From Scyliorhinus canicula (Eukaryota), in the NCBI RefSeq assembly GCF_902713615.1, contig NC_052158.1, positions 38,555,729-38,619,728 on the forward strand: 64,000 nt of DNA, in the 5' to 3' direction. This document shows positions 48,094 to 60,659 of this stretch, in pieces. The position numbers and the translations under genes were made by a program. A model generated the notes under the pieces. The model searched no databases. It was not told the DNA's origin and worked only from the letters and a program-made list of their open reading frames with translations. Numbering within the stretch: position 1 is the stretch's first letter; each line of letters starts with the position of its first letter.

Positions 48094-48412
48094 GGCAGCG
48101 CGGGTAGCACATGTGGATAGCACAGTGGCTTCACAGCGCCAGGGTCCCAGGTTTGATTCCCCGCTGAGTCACTGTCTGTGCGGGGTCTGCACGTTCTCCC
48201 GCGTCTGCGTGGGTTTCCTCCGGGTGCCCCGGTTTCCTCCCACAGTCCAAAGACGTGCAGGTTAGGTGGATTGGCCATGCTAAATTGCCTTTAGTGTCCA
48301 AAGGGGTTGGGGCGGGGTTATGGGGATGGGGTGGAAGTGAGGGCTTAAGTGGGTTGGTGCGGACTCGATAGGCCGAATGGCCTCCTTCTGCACTGTATGT
48401 TCTATGTTTCTA
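48094..48412 (+). mobile_element. HE1-like V-SINE (duplicated at ~51310-51625)
   Basis: Head, V-domain and GTTCTATG tail. Confidence 0.8.
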
Positions 48413-50420
48413 ATAGTCTTATTGAAGAAACCTTTTGAAAGGTAAGTTCAAAAGGTCTTATGCATCCCCACCATGACAAGCTATTTTCCTCCACTGCTCT
48501 TGCAACCCACTCCCCCCAAAACCCCTGTTAAGAAACCCAAACTTACCTTAGTCTTGAGCTCAGAGGTGAGAGGTCCAAGCCCTGCCAAAGCACAGACCTC
48601 GCACATGTGTACAGACTGGGAGTGAGCTTTCACATTGTTTGTGCAGAGGGCCGTCCAGTGCACGTGTGCAGAAGAAAAATGGCCCTGGTGACTGGGTGCC
48701 AGTGTCATCGCCAGTGAGTGGCCTTGGGAAGGGTCTAAAGACATGTCACAGGCAGGGGACAATGGAAAGGGGACAGGTAGAGCTCCAAAATATGTCCCAG
48801 GCAGGTGACAAGGAGGGGACAGAAGAGGTCCTAAAAAGAAGTCCCAGGTAAGAGACAAAGACAGAAACATGTCCCAGTTCTGATCAGTTAAAAGAGAGGA
48901 GCAGAGAAACAGACTCTAAGTCAGAGAAAGGGGTACACCAAGTAAAGAGGGCAGGTAAGGAAAAGGTACACGTTTGGAGCAGTAATGTTCTGCTTGGCAT
49001 GGCCTGAAGTTGCACCTGTAATTTGGTGCTTGAGTATATATTCGAGAATCCAGGGGAATGGGATCTCCGAAGGTAAGATCGAAGCCAGCTGAGGTAGGTC
49101 GATGACATCCTCGTGTGCTGAAGAGGGCTTAAGAGAAGCCCTGAAAACCCAAAAGGCAAGAAAGGGTTGGTGACTCCATCTTGCGAGCCTTTGGGGAAAA
49201 GGCACCTCTTTGGATCATTCGTGCTCTGCTTGTCATGGCCAAAGATCTGAAATTGTGCTTGTTAGTTGGTGTTTTAGCATACTTGGGAATCCAGAGGAAT
49301 GGAATCCTGGAAGGAGAGATTGAATCCTGAGAGGTGGGCCATCATTGAAGCCATCCATGTTGGAGCAACCTTTGGAGAGAATTCCAAGGCGAGATCTTTT
49401 AAGTTGATGATTGAAAACTCTCGTGAGAGAGGTAAAGTTTCAGTGAGATTGGTTGACAAACAGTCTGACTAATGTCCTTGTGCATTGTTAAGAAATTAAT
49501 GGAATCTGTTTTGGTCACACGTGTCATCTATTGTGCAGATATGTTTGATCACAGGTTTCTTTTAAATTCACATGCACCTCATACCTTGAATGTTAGAGGA
49601 TAAGATAAATATTCTAAATTGTTTTATCTTGACGACCATCTATTGGTAGTTTATTTTTGTTTATTCAAAGCCCTGTGGAATCTTGTGACATTATTCACTG
49701 AGTATCTTAAAAATCTCAAACTTTGTCCAGTTCAGGAAAAAGATATTGGTCCCTAATTGCATTCTACCAATAACTTTAGGGTGTGGCCAAGGATGAAATA
49801 GCCTGCAGACCCTCATGCCATTGTCTGCCTTGCTTCCACCATCTTGTGGTCTCTCATAACACTCCATGTCAAGCTATGCACCTCTACCCCCTCCCACAGC
49901 CCCTTGTACTGCCCTTGCCCAGCAATAGAAAAGGATTTTCTACAGTGCCAAAGGAGGCCATTTGGCCCCTTGAGTTTGCACTGACCCTTTGAAAGAGCAC
50001 CCTACCTAAACCCACTCCCCCACCTTATCCCCTAACTCCATCTAACCTACACATTTTTGTACATTGAGGGGCAATTTAGCATGGCCCTACAAAATTGTCA
50101 ATCAACTTTTAAAGTAGTGATAGCAGAAATAATGCACATTAATGTTTCACAACTTGGGTAATTAGTAGTAACTAAAGTTTTATTCGTAAAAGTGAGGTTT
50201 ACCAGCAGTAACAAAGCTTATTGGGAGCAATCGGGTCATTTTCTAGTCTCCAGGGTTATGATAAATAGTAGGTAAAGTAAAGTCAAGACATGGTGGGCCA
50301 TCTTGGATGCGTTGCAATGTCCATCCTGTAACATGTGGGAAGTTGGGGTGGATCTGTGGGCTCAGATAACCACATGTGCAGGAAATGTGATCAGCTGTGG
50401 AAACCTGGGGCGGGATTCTC

Positions 50421-50520
50421 NNNNNNNNNNNNNNNNNNNNNNNNNNNNNNNNNNNNNNNNNNNNNNNNNNNNNNNNNNNNNNNNNNNNNNNNNNNNNNNN
50501 NNNNNNNNNNNNNNNNNNNN
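50421..50520. other. Assembly gap (100 N)
   Basis: Run of 100 N. Confidence 1.
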
Positions 50521-53500
50521 GTGAAGTCAGTAGATATTCAGTTCATTTAATCCGGGCATTATTGCATCTCCTAAAAGTACCTGGCCGTTCCAACCAAAGT
50601 GTTAGAGAAATGTCACTGACATTCGGTGATAAGAATCAAAAAGAAACAAAAACAAATTATCTGAAGGTTACACAGACAATCTGCTCACACATCTTGTCAA
50701 AGATCAGTAATGTTGCTAAAAGGTGGAGGTGTGATTGATGAAGAGTACACGAGTTCATGGAAGAGATCCGTGCAAATGTGACATTTGTAATGAGTACCAG
50801 AGGGCACCACGACCTATTGTAGACCTTTCATTGGCAACCAAACTTAAGGACTGGATGTCACAGGCTTTAAGGCGTAGGAGCAGAACTAGGCCATTTCGCC
50901 CATTTGGTCTGCTCCAGCCCATCCAATGAGATAATGGTTGACTTGATATGATAATCCTCAACTCCATTTTCCCACCTTGTCTCCACAACCCTTGATTTCC
51001 TTGCTGATTGAAAATCTCTCCATCTCATCCTTGAACATACCTAATGACCACAAACTCAGTGGGACTCCCTGGAGTTGTAGAAATTAGTGGCGGGAACCTG
51101 ATTCTGGAAATCACAGCTCTGCCACCTTTTGATATTGTGGTGTGAGGGTGAATGTTGGTGCGGATCATGAGCGTGCATCCAGCATTCCCATCCTGGCTGG
51201 CTCCATTGTAGAAATAGGCAACTCCGAACACTCGGAATTTTGTTGTGAAGCAAAATCAGCTTTTTAAGAAGTTATGCTTCACAGTCCTTCAGACATGTCG
51301 TGGACAATACGGCAGCGCGGTAGCACATGTGGATAGCACAGTGGCTTCACAGCGCCAGGGTCCCAGGTTTGATTCCCCGCTGAGTCACTGTCTGTGCGGG
51401 GTCTGCACGTTCTCCCGCGTCTGCGTGGGTTTCCTCCGGGTGCCCCGGTTTCCTCCCACAGTCCAAAGACGTGCAGGTTAGGTGGATTGGCCATGCTAAA
51501 TTGCCTTTAGTGTCCAAAGGGGTTGGGGCGGGGTTATGGGGATGGGGTGGAAGTGAGGGCTTAAGTGGGTTGGTGCGGACTCGATAGGCCGAATGGCCTC
51601 CTTCTGCACTGTATGTTCTATGTTCTAATAGTCTTATTGAAGAAACCTTTTGAAAGGTAAGTTCAAAAGGTCTTATGCATCCCCACCATGACAAGCTATT
51701 TTCCTCCACTGCTCTTGCAACCCACTCCCCCCAAAACCCCTGTTAAGAAACCCAAACTTACCTTAGTCTTGAGCTCAGAGGTGAGAGGTCCAAGCCCTGC
51801 CAAAGCACAGACCTCGCACATGTGTACAGACTGGGAGTGAGCTTTCACATTGTTTGTGCAGAGGGCCGTCCAGTGCACGTGTGCAGAAGAAAAATGGCCT
51901 GGTGACTGGGTGCCAGTGTCATCGCCAGTGAGTGGCCTTGGGAAGGGTCTAAAGACATGTCACAGGCAGGGGACAATGGAAAGGGGACAGGTAGAGCTCC
52001 AAAATATGTCCCAGGCAGGTGACAAGGAGGGGACAGAAGAGGTCCTAAAAAGAAGTCCCAGGTAAGAGACAAAGACAGAAACATGTCCCAGTTCTGATCA
52101 GTTAAAAGAGAGGAGCAGAGAAACAGACTCTAAGTCAGAGAAAGGGGTACACCAAGTAAAGAGGGCAGGTAAGGAAAAGGTACACGTTTGGAGCAGTAAT
52201 GTTCTGCTTGGCATGGCCTGAAGTTGCACCTGTAATTTGGTGCTTGAGTATATATTCGAGAATCCAGGGGAATGGGATCTCCGAAGGTAAGATCGAAGCC
52301 AGCTGAGGTAGGTCGATGACATCCTCGTGTGCTGAAGAGGGCTTAAGAGAAGCCCTGAAAACCCAAAAGGCAAGAAAGGGTTGGTGACTCCATCTTGCGA
52401 GCCTTTGGGGAAAAGGCACCTCTTTGGATCATTCGTGCTCTGCTTGTCATGGCCAAAGATCTGAAATTGTGCTTGTTAGTTGGTGTTTTAGCATACTTGG
52501 GAATCCAGAGGAATGGAATCCTGGAAGGAGAGATTGAAATCCTGAGAGGTGGGCCATCATTGAAGCCATCCATGTTGGAGCAACCTTTGGAGAGAATTCC
52601 AAGGCGAGATCTTTTAAGTTGATGATTGAAAACTCTCGTGAGAGAGGTAAAGTTTCAGTGAGATTGGTTGACAAACAGTCTGACTAATGTCCTTGTGCAT
52701 TGTTAAGAAATTAATGGAATCTGTTTTGGTCACACGTGTCATCTATTGTGCAGATATGTTTGATCACAGGTTTCTTTTAAATTCACATGCACCTCATACC
52801 TTGAATGTTAGAGGATAAGATAAATATTCTAAATTGTTTTATCTTGACGACCATCTATTGGTAGTTTATTTTTGTTTATTCAAAGCCCTGTGGAATCTTG
52901 TGACATTATTCACTGAGTATCTTAAAAATCTCAAACTTTGTCCAGTTCAGGAAAAAGATATTGGTCCCTAATTGCATTCTACCAATAACTTTAGGGTGTG
53001 GCCAAGGATGAAAATAGCCTGCAGACCCTCATGCCATTGTCTGCCTTGCTTCCACCATCTTGTGGTCTCTCATAACACTCCATGTCAAGCTATGCACCTC
53101 TACCCCCTCCCACAGCCCCTTGTACTGCCCTTGCCCAGCAATAGAAAAGGATTTCTACAGTGCCAAAGGAGGCCATTTGGCCCCTTGAGTTTGCACTGAC
53201 CCTTTGAAAGAGCACCCTACCTAAACCCACTCCCCCACCTTATCCCCTAACTCCATCTAACCTACACATTTTTGTACATTGAGGGGCAATTTAGCATGGC
53301 CCTACAAAATTGTCAATCAACTTTTAAAGTAGTGATAGCAGAAATAATGCACATTAATGTTTCACAACTTGGGTAATTAGTAGTAACTAAAGTTTTATTC
53401 GTAAAAGTGAGGTTTACCAGCAGTAACAAAGCTTATTGGGAGCAATCGGGTCATTTTCTAGTCTCCAGGGTTATGATAAATAGTAGGTAAAGTAAAGTCA

Positions 53501-53899
53501 AGACATGGTGGGCCATCTTGGATGCGTGCAATGTCCATCCTGTAACATGTGGGAAGTTGTGGGTGGATCGTGTGGCTCAGATAACCACATGTGCAGGAAA
53601 TGTGATCAGCTGTGGAAACCTGGGGCGGGATTCTCCGACCCCACGCAGGGTCGGAGAATCGGCGGGCAGCGGCGTTATTTCCGCTCCCGCAGGGTTTTGA
53701 AATCTCCCACCGGCCAAAAACCGGATTTGTGCAAATCCCGCCGGCAGCCTCTGAAAACAGCTGGCGCCGGCGGGATTTCAATTTTTTTTCACTTACCTCA
53801 AATCTCCGGCCCGGATGGGCCGAAGTCCCGCCGACGTGACCCGTGGGTCAAAGTTGCTTTAAAACGGCGTCAACCATTGATGATGGTTGACGCCGTTCA

Positions 53900-54560
53900 G
53901 TGTCGGGGGGTGGGTTGCGGCATCGGGGGGGGGGGGGTTGCGGCATCGGGGAGGGTGGGTTGCGGCATGGGGGGGGTGGGTTGCGGCAACGGTGGGGGTG
54001 GGTTGCGGCATGGGGGGGGTGGGTTGCGGCATCGGGGGGTGGGTTGCGGCATCGGGGGGGGTGGGTTGCGGCACCGGGGGGGGGGGGGTTGCGGCATCGG
54101 GGGGTGGGTTTGCGGCATCGGGGGGGGTGGGTTGCGGCATCGGGGGGGGTGGGTTGCGGCACCGGGGGGGGGTGGGTTGCGGCATCGGGGGGTGGGTTGC
54201 GGCATCGGGGGGGGGGTGGGTTGCGGCATCCGGGGGGTTGCGGCATGGGGGGGGTGGGTTGCGGCATCGGGGGGGGGGTGGGTTGCGGCATCGGAGGGGG
54301 GTGGGTTGCGGCATCGGGGGGGTGGGTTGCGGCATGGGGGGGTGGGTTGCGGCATCGGGGGGGTGGGTTGCGGCATCGGGGGGGTGGGTTGCGGCATGGG
54401 GGGGGTGGGTTGCGGCATCGGGGGGGGGGTGGGTTGCGGCATCGGGGGGGGTGGGTTGCGGCACCGGGGGGGGGGTGGGTTGCGGCATCCGGGGGGTTGC
54501 GGCATCAGGGGGTGGGTTGCGGCATCCGGGGGGTTGCGACATGGGGGGGGGCATCGGGGG
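53900..54560 (+). repeat. ~21-bp G-rich minisatellite in element C
   Basis: Unit G(n)TGGGTTGCGGCATC. Confidence 0.95.
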
Positions 54561-54759
54561 GGGGGGGGGGTTTGGGGGCAGCGGCGTGCAGAGAGGGGGG
54601 GCTACGGATGCCCTGGGCCAACTCACCGTCGCCCCCCCCTCTGTACGCCGCTGCCCCCTACCCCAACCACCCCCCCTCACCACCCCTACCCCCCTCCAAC
54701 GCCGCCCCCCATCTCTCGCAACGCCGCAACCCCCCCTCATCGCCGCAACCCCCCCCCCC

Positions 54760-55440
54760 TCCAAATGCCGGGTCTCCCCCCCCCCAAATGCCGGGTCTCA
54801 CCCCCCCCCAAATGCCGGGTCTCCCCCCCCCCAAATGCCGGGTCCCCCCCCCCCCCCAAATGCCGGTTCTCCCCCCCCCCCAAAGGCCGGGTCTCCCCCC
54901 CCCCCCAAATGCCGGGTCTCCCCCCCCCACCAAATGCCGGGTCTCCCCCTCCCCCCCAAATGCCGGGTCTCCCCCCTCTCCCCCAAATGCCGGGTCTCCC
55001 CCTCCCCCCCCCCAAATGCCGGGTCTCCCCCCTCTCCCCCAAATGCTGGGTCTCCCCCCCCCCAAATGCCGGGTCTCTCCCCCCCCCCAAATGCCGGGTC
55101 TCCCCCCCCAAATGCCGGGTCTCCCCCCCCCCAAATGCCGGGTCTCCCCCTCCCCTCCCAAATGCCGGGTCTCCCCCCCCCCCCCAAATGCCGGGTCTCC
55201 CCCCCCCCCCAAATGCCGGGTCTCCCCCCCCCCAAATGCCGGGTCTCCCCCCTCCCCAAATGCCGGGTCTCCCGCCCCCCACCAAATGCCGGGTCTCCCC
55301 CCCCCCCACCAAATGCCGGGTCTCCCCCCCCCCAAATGCCGGGTCTTCCCCCCCCCCCCCCAAATGCCGGCTCCCCCCCCCCCCCAAATGCCGGGTCTCC
55401 CCCCCCCCCCCAAATGCCGGGTCTCCCCCCCCCAAAGCCG
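54760..55440 (+). repeat. ~22-bp C-rich minisatellite in element C
   Basis: Unit C(n)AAATGCCGGGTCT. Confidence 0.95.
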
Positions 55441-56184
55441 GGTCTGTCTCTCTCCTCCTCCTCCAAAAAACGCCGGGTCTCACCACCTCCGCAGCTGGTG
55501 AAACTGACGCGTATCGCGTCAGTCAGCTGCTGGCCCCTCCGGGAACGGAGATTGCCAGCTTAAAAGAAGGCCCCGACGCCGGAGTGATTAACACCGATTT
55601 TTCTCGCCGGAAACCCGTATGATGGGCAACGGAGAATCCCGCCCCAGATCTCTGGGATTTTTGAACTTAAGCGACAGCTGAGTCCACAATGCTGAAGACT
55701 ACAGGCGTAGCATGTTTAGGAAGGTGGTCACACCATACGTTATGAGAATACAGGCAGAGAGGGAATGGATGACTACTAGGCTGTCTGGTACAATTAAGGC
55801 GGTAGTGTAAGTGCCCCCTGAGTCCATCTTGTTCACTAATGTGTTTTCCATTTTAGATACTGGCACTGAGTGCAGCCAGAGCCAAGTCTGTGGCACCACA
55901 GGTATTTCAGCTGGACAGGGCCAAAGGAAGAGGAGTGAAAGAGCAATAGTGCTCAGGGAATTAATAGCTAGCAGAACTGCCAAGTGTTTCCACAGCCGTT
56001 GTCATGATGGCATGTTGCCTCCTTGGTGCCAGGGTCAAGGGTGTCACTGAGAGGCTCCAGGGCATTCTTATCGGGGAGGGTGAACAGCCACAGATTGTGG
56101 TCCACATCGATAGCAATGACAAAGGTAGAAAGAGAGAGAAGAAAGATGAAAAAGCAGGACTTCAAAGGCAATAATTGAGGAAGT

Positions 56185-56520
56185 GCTGGTGTTGGCACTG
56201 AACTAGTAACCCAGAGAGCCAGGGTCATAATCTGGGAATCTGGGTTTGAGTAGACGGTGAACTCAAGCCATAAACTAGAATTAAAAGTCAAATGACCATG
56301 ACGTTATTGGTGACTGTCATAAAACAAAATCCATCTGCTTCTCTCTTTATCAAATCTGTCATCCTTACTTGGTCTGGTCACCATGTCACATCAGATCCAC
56401 AGCAATGTGGCTGACTCTCAACAGCCGTCTGAAATAATCCAGCAAGCCACTCAGTTCAAGGGCAATTAGGGATTGGTAATAAAGGCTGGCCCAGCCAGCA
56501 ATGCGCACATCCCATGAAAT
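56185..56520 (+). mobile_element. Deu-domain SINE
   Basis: GTCATCCTTACTTGGTCTGG..CCACAGCAATGTGGCTGACTCT..AGCAAGCCACTCAGTTCAAGGGCAATTAGGG. Confidence 0.7.
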
Positions 56521-56833
56521 AACTTTTAAAAAACGACTCCATGTGCCACCTGCCAGTGAGTACAGAAACAGGAAAATAGAGCAAATGGCTGCAGAGGTGG
56601 CACAAGAGTAAACACTTTAGATTTCTGAAGCATGGGAGCCAGTTCATGGGTAAGTAAAACCTGTGTAAGACCACAAGACCATGAGATGCAGGAGCAGAAT
56701 TCAGCCATTCGGCCCATTGAGTCTGCTCTGCCATTCGATCATGGCTGGTATGTTTCTTTCCTTTTCTTCTTTTTAAGAGTACCCAATTCTTTTCTTTCCA
56801 ATTATGGGACAATTTAGCATAGCCAATCGACTT

Positions 56834-57183
56834 GGGGCAGCACGGTAGCATTGTGGATAGCACAATTGCTTCACAGCTCCAGGGTCCCAGGTTCGATTTG
56901 CGGCTTGGGTCACTGTCTGTGTGGATTCTGCACGTTCTCCCCGTGTGTGCGTGGGTTTCCTCCGGGTGCTCCGGTTTCCTCCCACAGTCCAAAGTTGTGC
57001 AGGTTAGGTGGACTGGCCATGATAAACTGCCCTTAGTGTCCAAAATTGCCCTTAGTGTTGGGTGGGGTTATTGGGTTATGGGGATAGGGTGGTGGTGTTG
57101 ACCTTGGGTAGGGTGCTCTTTCCAACAGCCGGTGCAGACTCGATGGGCCGAATGGCCTCCTTCTGCACTGTAAATTCTATGAT
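56834..57183 (+). mobile_element. HE1-like V-SINE nested in an opposite-strand SINE
   Basis: Full consensus. A poly(A)-type SINE tail lies upstream (56760-56830) and its remainder downstream (~57200-57250). Confidence 0.8.
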
Positions 57184-57719
57184 AAATTTCTACTTCCCCT
57201 ACATCTCTTTGGGTTGTGGGGGTGAGACCCATGCAAACACGGGGGGAATGTTTCTCATTACCAATCTCCTCTTTCTCCCTGTAACCTTATCCCTGTAACC
57301 TTATCAAGAAACTATCTTTCTCTGTCTTAAAGACACTCAGTGACTTGTCCTCCACAGTCTTCAGCAATGAGTTCCACAGAATCACCACCATTTGCTGACA
57401 AAACCCCTCCTCACCTCAGTTTTAAAGGCAGATTGTTCACACCTTAGCAGGTCTTGGACCAATATCCTTGCCTGCAGATTTGCTTGTGCTTTTGGGGAGT
57501 GTTTAAACAAGCTTGGCAGGGGAATGGGAACCAGAGAGGGAATTCAGATAGTAGAGAAGCAAAGCTGGTAAAGCTGCAAAGAAAATTGTTGAAATTGGAA
57601 GACAGTGGAAATAAGGGCAAGCATAAAAATTGATTAAAATTATAAAAAGGCAAAATTAAAGGCACTCTATCTGGATGCATGCAACATTCGCAACAAGTTT
57701 GATGAAGGTTTATAAGATT

Positions 57720-57985
57720 TCTAATCTTTATTAGTGTCACAAGTAGGCTTACATTGCACTGCAATGAAGTTACTGTGAAAGTCCCCTTGCCACACTACGG
57801 TAGGGTACACAGAGGGAGAATTAACCTAAAAAGCACGTCTCTCAGGACTTGTGGGAGGAAACCAGAGCACCCGGAGGAAACCCACGCAGGCACAGGGAGA
57901 ACGTGCAGGCAGTGACCCAAGCCTGGAATCGAACCCAGGTCCCTGGCACTGTGAAGCAGCAGCACTAACTACTGTGCAATTGTGC
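57720..57985 (-). mobile_element. V-SINE with family-A-type tail
   Basis: V-domain joined to the reverse complement of ..GTAAGCCTACTTGTGACACTAATAAAGATT. Confidence 0.7.
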
Positions 57986-58014
57986 CGCCCAATTGGCCAC
58001 AGTATTGGCACAAT

Positions 58015-58333
58015 TGGCACGGTAGCATGGTGGTTAGCATAAATGCTTCACAGCTCCAGGGTCCCAGGTTCAATTCTCGGCTGGGTCACTGTCTGTGTGG
58101 AGTCTGCACGTCCTCCCCGTGTGTGCGTGGGTTTCCTCCGGGTGCTCCCGTTTCCTCCCACAGTCCAAAGATGTGCGGGTTAGGTGGATTGGCCATGCTA
58201 AATTGCCCTTAGTGTCCTAAAAAGTAAGGTTAATTGGGGGGGGGTTACTGGTATAGGGTGGATACGTTGGCTTGAGTAGGGTGATCATTGCTCGGCACAA
58301 CATCGAGGGCCGAAGGGCCTGTTCTGTGCTGTC
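58015..58333 (+). mobile_element. Young HE1-like V-SINE
   Basis: Near-identical to the copy at 26327; (GTTCTAT)n tail. Confidence 0.85.
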
Positions 58334-58339
58334 CTGTTC

Positions 58340-59400
58340 TATGTTCTATGTTCTAACTATTCACGAACTGTCATTGTGACTGCAGAATGAGCAAGACTGG
58401 GAACTGAATTTTCAAGAGTATTCAACATTTCGGAAGGATACCCATAAAAGAAAAGAGGTGGGGTAGCACTGTTTATAAAGCATGAGGCCAGTACATTAAT
58501 GAGAGAAGATCTTAGATCGGAAAATCAAGATGTAGAATCGATTTGGGTGGAGCTCAGAAACAGCAAGAGGAAGAAAACAATTGTTTGAGTTATTTATACG
58601 CCACCAAACAGGAATGGTAATGGAGCAATCAGGAATATATGGTAGGAATGCGAATTATGCGGAGGATGCAAATAAGCTTCAAGGGGATTTACCTTAAGCA
58701 AAGTGAGTGGACAGAAGCATGGTGGATGAAATATAATGTGAAAAAATGTGAAGTTGTTCACTTTGATAGGAAAAAGAAAAACGCAGAGTAATTTTTTTAA
58801 TGGTGAGAGATTGATGTCAAAGGGGCTGAGTGTTGTTGGTCATAAGTCACTGAAAGCTAGAATAGTAGTGCAGCAAGCAATTAGGAAAGGAAATGCTATG
58901 TTGGCCTTCATTGCAAGAGGATTTGAGCACCGGAGTAATTGCAGTTGTATAAAGGTAAAGTCGCCGTAGGCCCAGATGATCATCGGCTGATTTCCCCATT
59001 GAGGAGAGAGCTGACTGGTGGTGATTAAATGTGAGGATCACCACACCTCAGGCAAGCGGATAGGTTGAGAAGGTGGGCCTTCATGAATGATGAAGAGCTG
59101 TATAGATCCTTGGTGAAACCCCATCTGGAGTATTGCATACAATTTTGGCCTCCTTACCTAAGGAAGGATATACTCACCATAGAGTTCAACGAAAGTTCAT
59201 CAGATAGTTTTGTGAGTTGGCGGGATTGAGGTTGAGGAGACAGGGTTTATATTCTCCAGAGTTTAGAAGAAGGAGAGGTAATCTAACTGAAACATACAAA
59301 GTTCTTACAGGGCTCAAGAAGGTAGATGTCGGAAGGATGTTTCCCTGATTTGGAGGGAGGGGTGTGTCAAAAAACCAGGGGAAACAGTCTCACGTTAAGA
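58340..59400 (+). mobile_element. Degraded CR1 LINE pieces (endonuclease and RT end)
   Basis: VESIWVEL.NSK..IYTPPN; K.NAMLAFIARG.E; LVKPHLEYCIQFWPPYL.KD. Confidence 0.65.
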
Positions 59401-59482
59401 GGTAAGCCCGTATAATAATAATCTTTATTAGTGTCACAAGTAGGCTTACATTAACACTGCAGTGAAGTTACTGTGAAAATCG

Positions 59483-59780
59483 GTAGCTTAGTGGTTAGCA
59501 CTATGGCTTTGCAGCGCCAGGGTCCCAGGTCGATTCCCGGCTTGGGTCACTGTCTGTGCGGAGTCAGCACGTTCTCACTGTGTCTGCATGGGTTTCCTCC
59601 GGGTGCTCCAGTTTCCTCCCACAAGTCCCAAAAGACGTGCTATTAGGTAATTTGGACATTCTGAATTCTCCCACTGTGAACCCGAACAGGCACCAGAATG
59701 TGGCGACTAGGGTTTTTTCACAATAACATCATTGCAGTGTTAATGTAAGCCTGCTTGTGACAATAAAGATTTTTATTATT
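59483..59780 (+). mobile_element. V-SINE with family-A-type tail
   Basis: Head, V-domain, then CCGAACAGGCACCAGAATGTGGCGACTAGG..GTGACAATAAAGATTTTTATTATT. Confidence 0.8.
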
Positions 59781-59862
59781 AAAATCACCTCGTTGCCACA
59801 TTCCTGCACCTGTTGGGGTACACTGAGGGAAAATACAGAATGTCCAATTCACCTAAAAGCAC

Positions 59863-60410
59863 GGGCGCGATTCTCCGCAAATGCGGCGAATCGTAAAGGC
59901 TGCCGTGAAACTGGCCGTGTTTCACGGCAGCCTCCGCGTCCCCTCCTGGGACCCGATTCTCCCCCTTGAGCGGGGCTAGCAGTGGGGCCCCATGAAGACG
60001 GCATCGCGGCCTTAGCGATCGTCGCTAAGTCCGCGCGCCAAGCGTCACGCCAGCTCCAACCCGCGCATGCGCGGGGCCGTCATCTCCCTCGGCTGCACCG
60101 CAGACTGATCCTGCGGGGGGGCGGAGGGAGAAAGAGTGCGTCCGTTACGGACGCACTGCCCACCGATCGCGGGCCCATGCCCCCCTTGGCACGCCCGTGG
60201 TACGCCCGTGGTACGGCCGTGCCAATCGGGGCCCTGGATGCCCAGAACGGGCAAGTTGCGGCCGTTTTTATGACGGCAGCAAGCACGTGTGCCTGCTGCC
60301 GTAAAAACGGCCGTAAAGGCCTGGGAACTCGGCCCATCGGCCTGGGGAGAATCGCTGTTCGCCGTAAAAAACGACGAGCAGCGATTCGTGTCGTGGGGCG
60401 GCCGTGGGGG
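59863..60410. mobile_element. GC-rich MITE (same family as 40102), right end truncated
   Basis: GGGCGCGATTCTCCG left TIR; body collinear with 40102-40764. Confidence 0.7.
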
Positions 60411-60419
60411 GGTGAACTG

Positions 60420-60655
60420 TGAGATACCCTAGAGTTAAACTGCAAAAAGATGGCAATTTTAAACTAGCCTCAGGAATGGTGACCACAAAGCTATCACCGA
60501 TTGTAGTAAAAGTTAATCTCATTCACTAAGTCACAAAAGCTAATCTTGTTCACCAAGAAGGAAATCTACTCTCCTTACCTGGCCTGGCCTACATGTGACA
60601 CCCAAAATCAATCTTGTTGCCTCATAATTACCCTCTGAAATGGGTTAGCAAGCCA
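60420..60655 (+). mobile_element. Deu-domain SINE fragment
   Basis: AAGGAAATCTACTCTCCTTACCTGGCCTGGCCTACATGTGAC..CCCTCTGAAATGG. Confidence 0.6.
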
Positions 60656-60659
60656 AAGA

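Larger units (their letters stand above)
47303..53635. repeat. ~3.1-kb direct duplication across the gap (47303-50420 and 50521-53635), probable assembly overlap
   Basis: Copy 2 starts exactly at the gap end and copy 1 stops exactly at the gap start. Differences seen are almost all 1-nt indels. Confidence 0.85.
53623..55644. mobile_element. TIR element C (Harbinger-type), quasi-palindromic
   Basis: Perfect TIRs GGGCGGGATTCTCCG / CGGAGAATCCCGCCC, flanked by CTG/CAG. Central hairpin at ~54575-54657. Confidence 0.85.
53505..56185 (+). mobile_element. CR1 ORF1 relic (zinc finger at 53505-53621; SGNH esterase at 55646-56185), split by element C
   Basis: CPSCNMWEV..HMCRKCDQL and CCL.GARVKGVTERLQGIL.GEGEQPQIVVHI..ND.GRK. 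Confidence 0.7.

Noticed and set aside
48420-49470. Possible RT relic (LR*VDDILVC at 49089-49118) or transposase relic in an unassigned ~1-kb block (duplicated at ~51640-52690)
   Set aside because: A single stop-interrupted motif whose flanks do not convincingly follow any RT or DDE family. A tblastn/HMM search is needed.
53505-55622. 705-aa and other long ORFs over element C
   Set aside because: Low-complexity repeat translations spanning a TIR element; only the first ~40 codons are a CR1 ORF1 relic.
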